DNA from: Eledone cirrhosa
Taxonomy: Eukaryota
Reading direction: 5' to 3'
Assembly (NCBI GenBank): GCA_964016885.1
Contig: OZ024740.1
Coordinates: forward strand, 98,208,001 to 98,272,000
DNA length: 64,000 nt
The translations under genes and the position numbers were made by a program. The notes beneath the pieces were generated by a model. The model did no database searches. It saw only the letters and a program-made list of their open reading frames with translations, and was not told where the DNA came from. This document shows positions 13,535-25,634 of the stretch, piece after piece (within the stretch, counting starts at the first letter, position 1; every line of letters starts with the position of its first letter).

Positions 13535-14490
13535 GTATGGGTGTCTTATTTGCAACAAAATATTAAGCAATGAAGTTATGAAGCCTTCATACTTACAATG
13601 TCATTTATAATCTAAGCATGTTGATTAGAAGGAAAAGAATTAGTCTACTTTCCTACAACTTCAGAACTTATTGCAAAAGATCTCAGAATTTCAGAAAGCA
13701 ACTACACAAAAAATTAATGGTATGATATTGCGTTACTTGTCCCAAAATTCAGTAATGATGATGACTATGTGAAGCTTTTGTAACATATTGTCGTATGATG
13801 GTTGTCAAAAGCATCACTTCGACCTATTATTTAAGAAGTTCTCCCAACGGTAGTGCATAAAACAACTAACAGAGTTATGACGACAATTCCACTTAATAAT
13901 AACCTATTTTCAGGATGTATAGATGAATTGGCCACCAACATCAAGCATCAACTCATCCATAAATCTCTGGAGTTCTGAATTTTCCCTACAAGTTGACGAA
14001 ACAAAAGTTGTGAGAAGTCAATGCTTGATGGGTGTGTGTTTTCAATTGTCAATAAAATATTCAACTTTGTGAGATGCTGTTCACTAATCGATTGCTGCTT
14101 AATACATTATTGTATCTATTTTTTAATCGGCATATCACACATTGAACAATATTGTTCCTGTGCATCTGATGAAGTGTCTGCCATGATAAGTAGATACAGA
14201 GGTTTCTTGTCTCCTTTAAAACTTGAACTGTTGCATCTTGTTTTAACAAATCACTGTGCGACTCACCAATAGCATTTAGTGGCAAAAAAATCGATGGTTT
14301 AGTGATGTACTGCATTTAGTTATTAAAACGGTAAACAAGTTAAGATTGAATTCTTCATATGAACGAATTTTCCATCAAATCTGTCTTGATAATGATGATG
14401 ACTATGTGAATCTTTTGTAACATATTGTCGTATGATGGTTGTCAAAAGGCAACTGTGTTGACCATTTTGTCCCAGCAGCTGCATAAATCA
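13535..14490 (+). mobile_element. hAT Buster/Charlie-like transposase remnant
   Basis: CLICNKILSNEVMKPS.LQCH (BED-type finger); IPLNNN..IDELA; FSLQVDE; DDDYV.LL.H...WLSKG. Confidence 0.7.
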
Positions 14491-16278
14491 GCGTTATTTG
14501 ATACCTACCATTGGTATATTTTTACTACATCATAAAATGTCAGTTTATGGACCAGTAACAAACTTTTACCATACATTTTTGGCATGCTTTGGAATATTTA
14601 CTATAAAAGTTAGGGGTGGAAAAGTTTTCAATGTGAACATGGTCAATGATGCAAAAATGTGTAAAGGCTAATTTGTCAGTTCATAACTGACAATATTGTC
14701 ATTAAGCTCTAGGTCAGCTCTCATTAAATAGATCTACTTTCAAAAGGCTTCCATGTGTGACATTTGGCATTTTTCCATTCACAGCTTATCTAGGACTACA
14801 TTATTCAATGTGTTCTTTATTTTTTAAGATAAGAGTTAATTTTAGGGAGATTTTACTGTTTTTTCTAGCATAGCTGTTGACTACTTAGTCTCTGTTATTA
14901 GCTTAATATATTTAGTAAAGTGGTATTTAGAATTTATGTATAAGTAAAATACACTGTTTTAATTAGAAATATTTTGCACATGACTTCCAAATATTTCCCA
15001 ATGATGTCTATACAATTTGGTTCTTAGAGTTCTAGCTTAGGCCCAGAACATTTCTGACCATCTAATCTTTTTGTATATCTAAGAATACATTGCCCAATGC
15101 GTCCCTTTGCTTTAAAGATGATAGCATATGATTTAAAGGAGATTTGATTGCTATCTTTAGCAGGTCTGTTGACAAGATAGTGGATCTCCCCAAAGGCTAA
15201 TCTACCAGTTTTCAGAAATGTTTCTTATATAACACTATAAGACTCTAACTGTTAAACTTGTGACTGATGTACAGCTTACTGTGTTATTGAGGCTCGTATA
15301 AGCATCTATATTCAGTTGTCTCACTTGTTACTTAGCAGGATTACCAAAATCTCTGTACCATCTTAAATGAGAAAGATACATATGATAGTGCATACAAAAT
15401 GTTGGGATAATCTCAGCTGGAACAACTTTATCATAGGTCTACTGGATCAAAACAGACCTGCTGATAAATAAAACTAACAAAGACAACTATATCACTCTCA
15501 TAATGTGCCTGACTACCTTACAAAAATGTATTCCTAGACTCACTAGCTCTAAAAAGAAAAGCAGAAAAATAATCTGGCTGTGGCTTGTCAAGAAAATATA
15601 GATTTGACTAAAAGATGAAATGCTAAATAAATTATGAAATTGTATTATTAGAATGAGAAAATATATTTTCTAGTAGCTAATAAATTGATTTGTCAATAAC
15701 AAGTCTGATCAACTGATCGACAACAAAATATTAACATTACGTATGATGTCAAGAATATTAAAAAACTCTGAAATGTGATTGAATACTTTCTCTCTCTCTC
15801 TATATATATATATATATGCTAGCGTGGAAGATAGACATTAAACGAAGATGATGAGATGATGATATATATATATATGTATATGTGTGTGTATGTTACAGAA
15901 TGTTCACTAATTGGTAGCTGTGGCTGTTTGTTTCACTGCAATCAGCAAATCATTATGTAATTAGCATAAAGCACTCAACGTCCTATGTATCTTTCCAATT
16001 CTGATGTTGTATTGCATGTTCAGTCAATAAATTAAACAGACCTTTGAATTAACATTATAGGCATGTCTGTCTCCATATGAATACATTGCAGTGTCTTAGA
16101 TATAGATTACCTGATTATATATATTACCTAAGAGACTGTCTGAACGCAGCAATTGCATTATAACATGAATCCGTAACAATGGCATCAGAGAAATGGGTAC
16201 TACAGTTAATTACACATTAAAACAAATTATGGAATAATCTAGCTTTCATGTTTTATTACTACTGTATGTGTGTGTGTT

Positions 16279-16388
<110 letters not shown>

Positions 16389-16620
16389 TATATATATATA
16401 TATATATATATAACAAGTTATCCTTATAGGTAATCCAGAGGTTGTGAGTACTCTGCGTCGTGGATAGTTTTAACGTACGGCTTTGTTTGACTCAACAAGA
16501 TGTTTCCATAGTTAGGCAGCGAGTTCACGGGAATTCCTATGCAGGTTATACTTGGAGTAATAATAGTGAAAGATTGAAGAGTGACATGTTTGGCTGTGCA
16601 ACAAGGAGTTTTACTTCAAA

Positions 16621-16725
16621 TATTAACAATTGTTTCATTGATCAGGTGAGACAAGAGGCCGCTAATCGAAGTTGCGTCACTCGATCTCCATTACATTATT
16701 TACCTCTGACCAAATCCTCAGAATA
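16621..16725 (-). ncRNA. Type I HHR with extended stem II (family B)
   Basis: tatt CTGAGGA tttggtcag...ctgatcaat GAAAC aatt GTT aata. Confidence 0.7.
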
Positions 16726-17365
16726 CAAATAATTCATACATGGCATGATATATATAGAGAAATAGCGTAGAATCAAAACAATAACAGCAATGATAAAATA
16801 TATGATAAATAGGTAAAGAAGTTACAGATGTAAAAAGTAAAAAGTAAGAAAAAAAGATACAATAAAAATGTAATGGAAAATAATGGAAAAATAATAAAAA
16901 TATAAAGAAATAAAGATAAGTGAGAGCATATAAGTACAGAATATGATAGTGGTGGTGGTGAGTAAGTGTCTGTATACGAATGCTGTGGTGGATGTCGTGC
17001 TAACATGTAAAGCCATATTCAAAACATACATAGATATGTCTAGAGAATCTGATGTAGTAACACATGCCAGATAAAAGATAAAACAATAAATTAGAAATTA
17101 AGTGGGAGATACTAGTATGAGACCCAAGGGCTAAGGGTGGGTGATGAATGGGGTTTTTGACAAGTGTGTGGGGTAAATGTTTTGCTGATTGTCTTGTCTT
17201 AATGGGGTTGATGTGTTTTCAAGGAGAGAGGGTGAAAGAGATGTTAAGAGATTTATGATCTAGTAACCAGTCGGCTGTCTGACAGCTAATAGCGATGTGA
17301 TGGTGTGTATTCTATACATTAAAATCCAGGTGGTTCAGTTCTAATTTTAGGATTGCTGGGTCAAA

Positions 17366-17684
17366 TCACGGTGGTTTGAAATTTGTGAACTTGGTAGCTA
17401 CTTTGTGCCTACAGAAAATTGATCTTTCTATTTTGCTGTTAAGCATCATCTTATCGTACCTTAAAATATGGAATAGCTCCATATTGCAAAGTCTGCAGTG
17501 AGACATTTCATTGTTGCAGGCCCTTGCTCCCGATAATTTTGACCAGCTAATCCTATATTCCTGGTTTTTGTTTTTAAGCTGCCAGATTTTATTGGCGAAC
17601 GTTGTTGAGATCTCCAGTCTATGGTTCTTCATGGAGTGTCTGTGAACGTACCATCTTTTTTTTAACTCCCCAACCGTGGAACCT
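17366..17684 (-). pseudogene. PLE GIY-YIG endonuclease C-terminal part
   Basis: GST..RWYVHRHS..FANKIWQLK..ISW..CRLCNMELF..LNSKIERS.FCRH. Confidence 0.8.
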
Positions 17685-17820
17685 ATGTAATGCCAAGATC
17701 GAGTGACGCAACTTCCATGGATTAGCGGCCTCTAAACTCACCTGATCAATGAAACAATTGTTAATACCTGAAATAAAGCCCCTTATTGTACAGCCAACCA
17801 TGTTACTCTTCAACCTTTCA

Positions 17821-17861
<41 letters not shown>

Positions 17862-17874
17862 ACTCTTCAATCTT

Positions 17875-17921
<47 letters not shown>

Positions 17922-18009
17922 AAGGAAGGTCTGCGGGATTGCATTCGGTTTTGTTTTTTTATCCCGTTTGTAACATAAGTTGAATTACTTTGAATAAATA
18001 ATTGTTTCT

Positions 18010-18190
18010 ACATTTGACACAAGGCCAGCAACTATCCAGTGCATTACTGGTATTTTATTTTATTGACCCCTTAAGGATGAAAGGCAAAGTTAACCACGGA
18101 GGGATTTAAACTCAGATCATAAAGGGAGGTAACTCTATGCTTCAAAGCATGGCGTGCGACCCTCTACCGATACTGCCAATCCACCGCCTA
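18010..18190 (-). mobile_element. tRNA-derived SINE (octopus-type)
   Basis: Reverse complement begins GGCGGTGGATTGGCAGTATCGGTAGAG, with GAGTTTAAATCC B-box-like and TTGCCTTTCATCC blocks. Confidence 0.65.
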
Positions 18191-18469
18191 TTGATAAATA
18201 ATTAAGGAATATTACATAATTTATGTACTCAAATTCGTAAACAAAATAATTTCGTAAAAATAAATAATTTCAAATTGACTTCTTTTCCAAGTTTCACTTC
18301 CTGTATATCGTCACCACCACTACCACTTCAACTACCTTATATATAGAAAGAGAGAGTGTACACGCTGACATCTATATGTATGAGTTTATAACTATTATGA
18401 GTATATAACTATAATCGCGCAAACACAATCTTATAAAAATACACTCTAACGGACATAATTTACGCAAAT

Positions 18470-18652
18470 ACACATACTTTCACACAAACATACATACATT
18501 CACACATACTTTCACACAAACATACATACATTCACACATACTTTCACACAAATACATATACATTTACACAATATACATTTACACAAACATACATACATTT
18601 ACACAAACATACATACATTTACACATATACATTTACACAAACACACACATAC
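18470..18652. repeat. CA-rich minisatellite (~30-bp unit CACATACTTTCACACAAACATACATACATT)
   Basis: Direct tandem copies, decaying rightwards. Confidence 0.8.
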
Positions 18653-18724
18653 AGTCATGAAACCGTTCGGTGAATTGGAGAAGGGAGGGTAAAAGAAGTA
18701 TAACGTTTCAGTTATTCATTAACT

Positions 18725-19400
18725 CTTTATTTATTTATTAACTCTTTTTTTTAAAAACTCATTTAATATAATGGTTACAGAAGGAAAACACTAACAAATA
18801 TAATATATACAAAGGAAAGGGAAAGGAAAAAAAGAAAGAGAAAAAATACACAAGCACGTAATACCCACATCTTAGATCACAGAACAATATGCAGACGAAA
18901 GAGTGGACAAACTAGCAAAAGATAGCAATATAGCGATGAGCGCTGGGAAACCTCTCTAATAATTTTTGAGGCAAGCCAACAGGCTCGTAGCGTTACCTGG
19001 GGTGATGCCGAGGCTGAGGTGCTGGAGCAACCAAGTGCCCTCACGAGCATCACCAGTTAGCTCTGTCTGGCGAGCCGCCAGTGAAAATAAGAAACTCACT
19101 GTCAGTAGCCAGACTCCCCCAAACGTCTCGAACGCCACAGGCTGGATAATGTATTTAACTGACAGAACACGGTATCTTAGGATTTTGTTCCGTTCAGCTG
19201 CGGATGCTGTAGCCCTCGCCCTTACCGTTGCATCCAGGATGTGGGAAGAAGCAAAAGAGTCACTAACTGTGACGTCCCAGGTAAGGAACCTACCTCTTGA
19301 CCAGGAGCACAGAGTAATACCGTCAAGTTTTTATCAATTCAGGAAAACCCAGACGGTCCCAAAATTGTAGGGATGTTTGCCCGGGCCAAAGCTCTTGAGT
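18725..19400 (-). mobile_element. CRE-clade non-LTR retrotransposon 3' end (restriction-like endonuclease and 3' UTR)
   Basis: DGITL..WSRG..LTWDVTVSD..AAERNK..Y..QPVAFETFG..TGDARE..LLQHLSLGI..GNA; A-rich tail near 18725-18755. Confidence 0.75.
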
Positions 19401-19624
19401 GGTAATAAGACAGTGTGTGTATGTGCATACGCGTGAGTTTGTCAGCGTTCTTAACTTAGAGATACGTGTGTGTGTCACTGTTTTTAAGTTAGAGACATAT
19501 ATGTGTGTATCCCTTTCCTTCCTTTTACACGCACATACATTCACACAAACACACATACACATTGCGTGATGGACGGGTGGACAGAAATCCCTCAAATTTA
19601 TATATATGTGAATGGAGTTCTACG

Positions 19625-20235
19625 GAAACAATTAGAGAGGTTCAAGTATCTTGGAGCCGTGTGATGGAATGCAGGAGACTGAATTAAATGCACAAATTGC
19701 AAAAGCTAATGCAGTAAAGCGCCAGTCTCAGCAATCAGGTGAAGGGGAGTAGGTGTAAAAGCCAAACTCACTGTCTTCCTGGTATTCCTGCCAACTCTTA
19801 CCGAGGATCATGAATCTTGGGTAATGACCAAAAGAGTACAATTTCAAATAAAAATGGCAGAAATGGGATTCCTCCGAAGGGTCTTTGGAGTAACGTTACT
19901 CGATACAGTGCATAACTCAGAGACCAGAGAGTCACTCCTGGTCGAGCCGCTACTTCTCCTAATTGAGAGATCACAACTCCGATACTATGAGAATGTGGTT
20001 AGAATGTCTCAGTAAAGAATCGCTTGACACATTTTACAGGCACAACTAACAGCCAAGAGACCCAGAGGTAGACCCTGAGCAAGATAGTTGGATAACATCC
20101 ATGAGCTAGGCTGGTCACTCTCTGGCATCCAGCTGGATCAGTTAGAGATGTGTGCTACTGACAGACACGCTGGAAGGAGTGTTTGAAAAGGACTCTTCCC
20201 CCATGACCCTCTCAGAAATAAGTGGGTGAAGAAGA
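19625..20235 (+). mobile_element. RTE (Expander/Rex3-like) 3' remnant
   Basis: FKYLG, HESWVMT..AEMGFLRRV..IERSQLR..RPRGRP. Confidence 0.75.
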
Positions 20236-20362
20236 TATTGTCAATTTACTTTTCAATTTACATATATCTATATGCATATATATTTGCGTATAATACCAAT
20301 ATGCACACTATATATGCGAGCAGAAAACTGCCCTAAAGGGCAGTTTTTATGGTAGTATATGT

Positions 20363-20555
20363 AATAAGTTTACCCTAAAATGGGAGAAATTAGCTAAAAC
20401 CCAAAGCTTTTCCAGGAGCAAAAATTTCTGCAAATTGTGTAATCTTGAGATTTATTACATAATCACACACAAGAGGAAATTGCTGAATAACAGAATTGAA
20501 CGAACATTATTCTGCCGTCACCGAACTAAAACCCTTTTTTCCCACTACAAGCTGA
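20363..20555 (+). pseudogene. PLE GIY-YIG endonuclease C-terminal remnant (not in ORF track)
   Basis: NKFTLKWEKL..FCKLCNLEIYYI..LLNNRIERTLFCRH, collinear with 3111..3455. Confidence 0.8.
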
Positions 20556-20842
20556 ATATTACATAAAAGAGGGACATCCCCCCAACTATATAAACGTCAA
20601 TCTAGTTAGAAAAATATAAAAACAATCTCTTCTCAACATATATATGTATATTAATAACCTTAAATTACCACACTAATAATGGAAAGATATGGTGATGAGA
20701 ATAGGTGCAAATATGGGATAATGAATGTGTCTAAAAGCGACCATAAGTATGTATATATATGTGAAAATGTATATAAATAAGTAAATATATATATATGTTT
20801 GATGTGTATAGTTAGATGTAAGTGTATTCATGTATTAAAGTG

Positions 20843-20958
<116 letters not shown>

Positions 20959-21475
20959 GACTGGAGTATGTATGTATATATGTGTGTGTCTATACGTGTG
21001 TATATAAAGATAAGTTGAGTATGAAAATGTATACACATGAACGCGTACGTATGTACATGTATATATGTGTGTATATATATATGTATGCATGTGTATATGT
21101 ATGTACGTATGAGCATGTAAGTATGTGAATGTGAGTATATGTATTTTGTAGAGGTGTGCATATATGTTTGTGTGTGAATGCGTGGGCGAAAGGATACGCA
21201 CACTTGAAAGAAAAATTTAAGTCTGAATGTTAATTAAGTGCAAACACAAAACCAACCACGCATATCTATACTATCTCTAATCCTTCTATAGATTTAGAAA
21301 AATAACCAATAATATATTCTATAAAAATGTCAAAACAACAGATGGGAATCTAATTACTTACTGCCATCAAAAATTCTCACTGCTATCAAAAAACCACTCC
21401 CTCAACTATTCTTCTAACAACTTCACCTCTCCCTCCTAATATTCTCTATAAAAACCAAACAGGTCCACAGTAAAA

Positions 21476-21596
21476 TTATTCTGATGAAATGACAGTTGAT
21501 AATAACATTGAAATATTGAATGTCTGCATAACTAATACTTTCTAGATAGCAGCTGTTTTCAGGTTATGTAACTGTTATAGAAACACGTGTCAATAA
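21476..21596 (+). ncRNA. Type I HHR with ~90-nt stem II domain
   Basis: ttatt CTGATGA aatgacagtt...aactgttata GAAAC acgt GTC aataa; downstream of the EN remnant at 20363. Confidence 0.75.
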
Positions 21597-21623
21597 ATTC
21601 CTTTTAACTAAACTGTATCCATT

Positions 21624-21880
<257 letters not shown>

Positions 21881-22145
21881 GGAAAAAATGAAACAAAATT
21901 TCATTTCTCACTCTTAGTACGGCTGTTACTTAAATATAAGTATGTATACGTACATACATATATGTATACAGAGGTACAGTAGTATGTATATATATATATA
22001 CATACATGCACATATATATATATGTACGTATGGATTTACCGAGCATTTATTATAATGCTCGGTTTGTTTGTAAACAAACATCCCGAATTAAGCCGTTCAG
22101 TGTTTAGCAACCATCGTTGCCCTTTTGTTCAATACTGACAAAGGA

Positions 22146-22188
22146 ACGATGTACTAGTTTCAAGCTTATTAGCTATCGTCAGCACCGT
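22146..22188 (-). ncRNA. Minimal type I HHR (family C)
   Basis: Reverse complement of 22473-22515. Confidence 0.85.
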
Positions 22189-22472
22189 ATAACTTCCTGC
22201 CAGATGATTGAACGTCAGAAAGTATATACTTTCCTTATGCGTATTAACGGCTGAGCAGCCTAATTTGCATATCGAGTGAGTTAATCGGCCGGGCGCAGCG
22301 AAAACGATAGATGGAAAAAATGAAACGAAATTTCATTTCTCACTCTTAGTAGGGCTGTTAATTAAACATAAGTATGTATACTCACTCGATATGCAAATTA
22401 GGGTGCCCAGTCGTTAATATGCATAAGGAAAGTATATACTTTCAGACGTTCAATCATCTGGCAGGAAGGTAT

Positions 22473-22515
22473 ACGGTGCTGACGATAGCTAATAAGCTTG
22501 AAACTAGTACATCGT
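22473..22515 (+). ncRNA. Minimal type I HHR (family C)
   Basis: acggtg CTGACGA t agc-taataa-gct t GAAAC ta GTA catcgt. Confidence 0.85.
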
Positions 22516-22640
22516 TCCTTTGTCAGTGTTGAACAAAAGGGCAACGATGGTTGCTAAACACTGTACAGCTTAATACGTGATGTTTGTTTATAAACAAAAC
22601 GGGCATTATAATAAATGCTCGGTAAATCCATATATATATA

Positions 22641-22710
<70 letters not shown>

Positions 22711-22951
22711 ATTGAAAATTGCAAACTTGACTGTCACCACAGTATATGAACCTGAAGATTGCGAAAGCATGAAAGTACTTGTTCAATTAACACTTAACAT
22801 TTAATATTCTACCATACTATTTCATTCTAATACCATTATAATTTTAAAGGATTGTAAATAAAACGAGTAAATCCGACAAAGTTGGAATTCCTTTTTGTTA
22901 CTATAATCTTCTATAAACAATTATACACACCCCTGTATACTTATTTATATA

Positions 22952-24615
22952 TCATCATCATCGTTAACATCTATCTTCCATGCTATCATAGGTTAGACGG
23001 GAGTTGTTCCAATTTGAGCCAAGGTTGGTCGGGTGAGAGTGTTTGGCTTATATAGGACAATCTGGCAGCTATTCTACGGCTGGATGCCCTTCCTAACACC
23101 AACCACAATTGCAGTGTGCACTGGGAACTTTTTACTGTGGTCAATCTCATTATCTCATTTATTTGGACTGGATGTTGTGGTACCAACTTTACAGAGAAAG
23201 CGTGATGTTGGTATGAGTGGGAGGAAGGACTAGGGTAGTGGATTTGATTAAGACGTCCCTACTGACTGTAGGTTTCGCATTGTTCATAGGCAAGGCGAGT
23301 CTTCGGTATTAATGCGTGACGCCAAAGATTTCGGTCCAGTGACATTGTCTTAGAGAGGTGCAAGTGTGTAAGGTCGGAATTTATCAATTCGACCCTGGTT
23401 TTTCTGGGTCTACCTACTCCGTAACTTCCATCAATTTTGATCGCCCTGCACTTTTTTATACAGCTGTTGTCTTTCATGCGCATCACGTGACCATACCAAT
23501 GTAGTTTTCTCTCGAGTAAACAGCATCTGATACCTATTATTCCTAATTTCTCACTTAGTTCATTTATGTTTTGCCGTTCACGTATATAACTATTACACAC
23601 CCAACGGAGCATGCATGCTTCATTCCTTTCCAGTCTGCGTAGGTCCTCCGCACACAATGCCCATGTCTCACTGCCATGTAGCATTGCTGTTCGTATACAG
23701 GCATCATACAATCTGCCTACACACTGAGCATGGCCATTTCCCAGAGAGCACGTGTGCCCTATTTTCCTTTCTACATACTAGAACTTTAGTCTTAGACAAG
23801 TTAACTTTAAGGCCTTTTGATTCTAGGCCATGCTCCCATGTTCGGAATTTTTTCATGACCTGGTCCACTAACTTAATGCCTCTACAGTTTCCCCTATCAA
23901 GAGCATCACCTTTACCCTTGTAGAAGTTAATGATGATGCTGCTCCGCCAGTCTTTGGTATGACCCCATTCTGTATTACTTGGTTTGCTATACGGGTGACC
24001 ATAGTATGTCCCACCATTCCAGATGCTTTCAACATCTCAGCAACTATCTCCGAAGGCCCAGATGCCTTGCCTGTCTTCATATCTTTGATTGCCTTGCTTA
24101 TTATACTACATTTAACTTGCACCGCTGATCCTTCTATTGGATCGATTTGGAGCAGACTATCTTTTTCCCATTTATTCTCCTCATTTAGTAGTCTCTCATA
24201 GTGACACTTCCAAGCTACCTTCTTATCAGTATCAGTGAAGGCAAGTACACCATTATCATTATGGACATACTTCTCCCCGACAATATCACGGTTTTCCTTG
24301 ACACATTGTCTAGCAATACTGAACACCTCACGTTTTTGGTCCTCACATCGTAGAACATGCTTGGATTTTCTGTCCTCTGCTTCCCTTTTTGCAAAGTACA
24401 CTTGTCTCCTAGCTTCTCTCCTAGCCAATTGGTAGTGTTTTCTTCTCCCATCCTGCCATACTTTCCAAGCCTGTTTTTTTGGCCTTGATTGTCTCCTCCA
24501 ACTTACTGTTCCACCACCAAGTTACACTCCTCCTGCAAATAGGTTTGCTGCAGCCACAGATATCATCCATCGCTTTCAGCAGGTTCACTTTCAGGAATTT
24601 CCACTGTTCTTCTAT
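22952..24615 (-). mobile_element. RTE LINE copy with two internal deletions, 3' (GAT)n tail
   Basis: ORFs 23259..23711 and 23868..24428 match RTE ORF2; tail motif at 22952-23130. Confidence 0.9.
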
Positions 24616-24619
24616 ATTG

Positions 24620-24651
<32 letters not shown>

Positions 24652-24686
24652 CTGTTCTTCTATATATATATATATATATGTGTGTC

Positions 24687-24736
<50 letters not shown>

Positions 24737-24909
24737 TAAATATATATATATATTTTTTAGTATATGTTCGTTGTTTACCGACACCTCAGTATGCAGATTG
24801 GAGGAGCACTCGACGAAGTACACAGATTGGTTTGTTTACTGCGGAGTAATGTAAAATAATTAAGTCAAATATTTAAAATTTGGCTTCGTTTATTATAAAT
24901 TATAGATAT

Positions 24910-24964
24910 ACTGCTATATATATTTCGGTGACATCCATCATTGGCTGTGACCTCTTCAGGCAGT
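24910..24964 (-). ncRNA. Type I HHR (same family as 2392-2447)
   Basis: actgc CTGAAGA ggtcacagcca-atga-tggatgtcacc GAAA tatata TA gcagt. Confidence 0.8.
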
Positions 24965-25085
24965 CCGAATTGGTGTGGGAAAGACAGGTACACATGCTGT
25001 TGAAGTGTGTTTTACACCGTTACTACATCAATATGTCCAGCTCCTGGTTGTATTGTTATTTCTCTGAGGAACCTGAATCATATTT

Positions 25086-25200
25086 TAAGTTTAAGGAAAG
25101 AATCGCTGCTCTGTCTCTTAACGGGATCTCCTGAAGATCCCGTTAATGATGAAAGCAGCGATTGTTTCCTTAAACTTTAATCTGTTAATTTAATGAATAT
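25086..25200. repeat. Mini fold-back of the pLTR end of the 38029 PLE family
   Basis: AAGTTTAAGG..TTAACGGGATCT-CCTGA-AGATCCCGTTAA..CCTTAAACTT; homologous to 38045-38100. Confidence 0.65.
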
Positions 25201-25253
25201 CTATGTATATATAAACCAGACATAAAATGATGATGATGATGATGAAGATGAGG

Positions 25254-25308
<55 letters not shown>

Positions 25309-25312
<4 letters not shown>

Positions 25313-25470
25313 TGCCAGACAGTCCACGCTGTAATGTGGTTGGTGTTAGGAAGGGCATCCAACTGTAGAAAACCCGCCAGACAGTCCTATGCGAGCAAGA
25401 CAACCACTCTTGCCTCAAGTGGGAAAACTCCCGTCCAAACCCATGCAAGCATGGAACACAGACGTTAAAC

Positions 25471-25508
<38 letters not shown>
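25309..25508 (+). mobile_element. Tail-only RTE insertion between (TA)n runs
   Basis: Near-identical to 59790-59975, ends in (GAT)n. Confidence 0.85.
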
Positions 25509-25509
<1 letters not shown>

Positions 25510-25634
25510 ATATATATATATATACATATATCTTTAATGCGAGGAAATACCTATGTGGTGGCTAGTAGATGACTGATGTTGGATAGTCCTGGCTTTTATT
25601 TCTAATTCTTCATTTTATATATATATATATATAT

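Larger units (their letters stand above)
16412..17822. mobile_element. Penelope-like element (family B): minus-strand EN plus pLTR with short inverted arm at 17685-17822
   Basis: 17685-17822 is the reverse complement of ~16566-16697; (TA)n flanks; EN and HHR on the minus strand. Confidence 0.85.
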
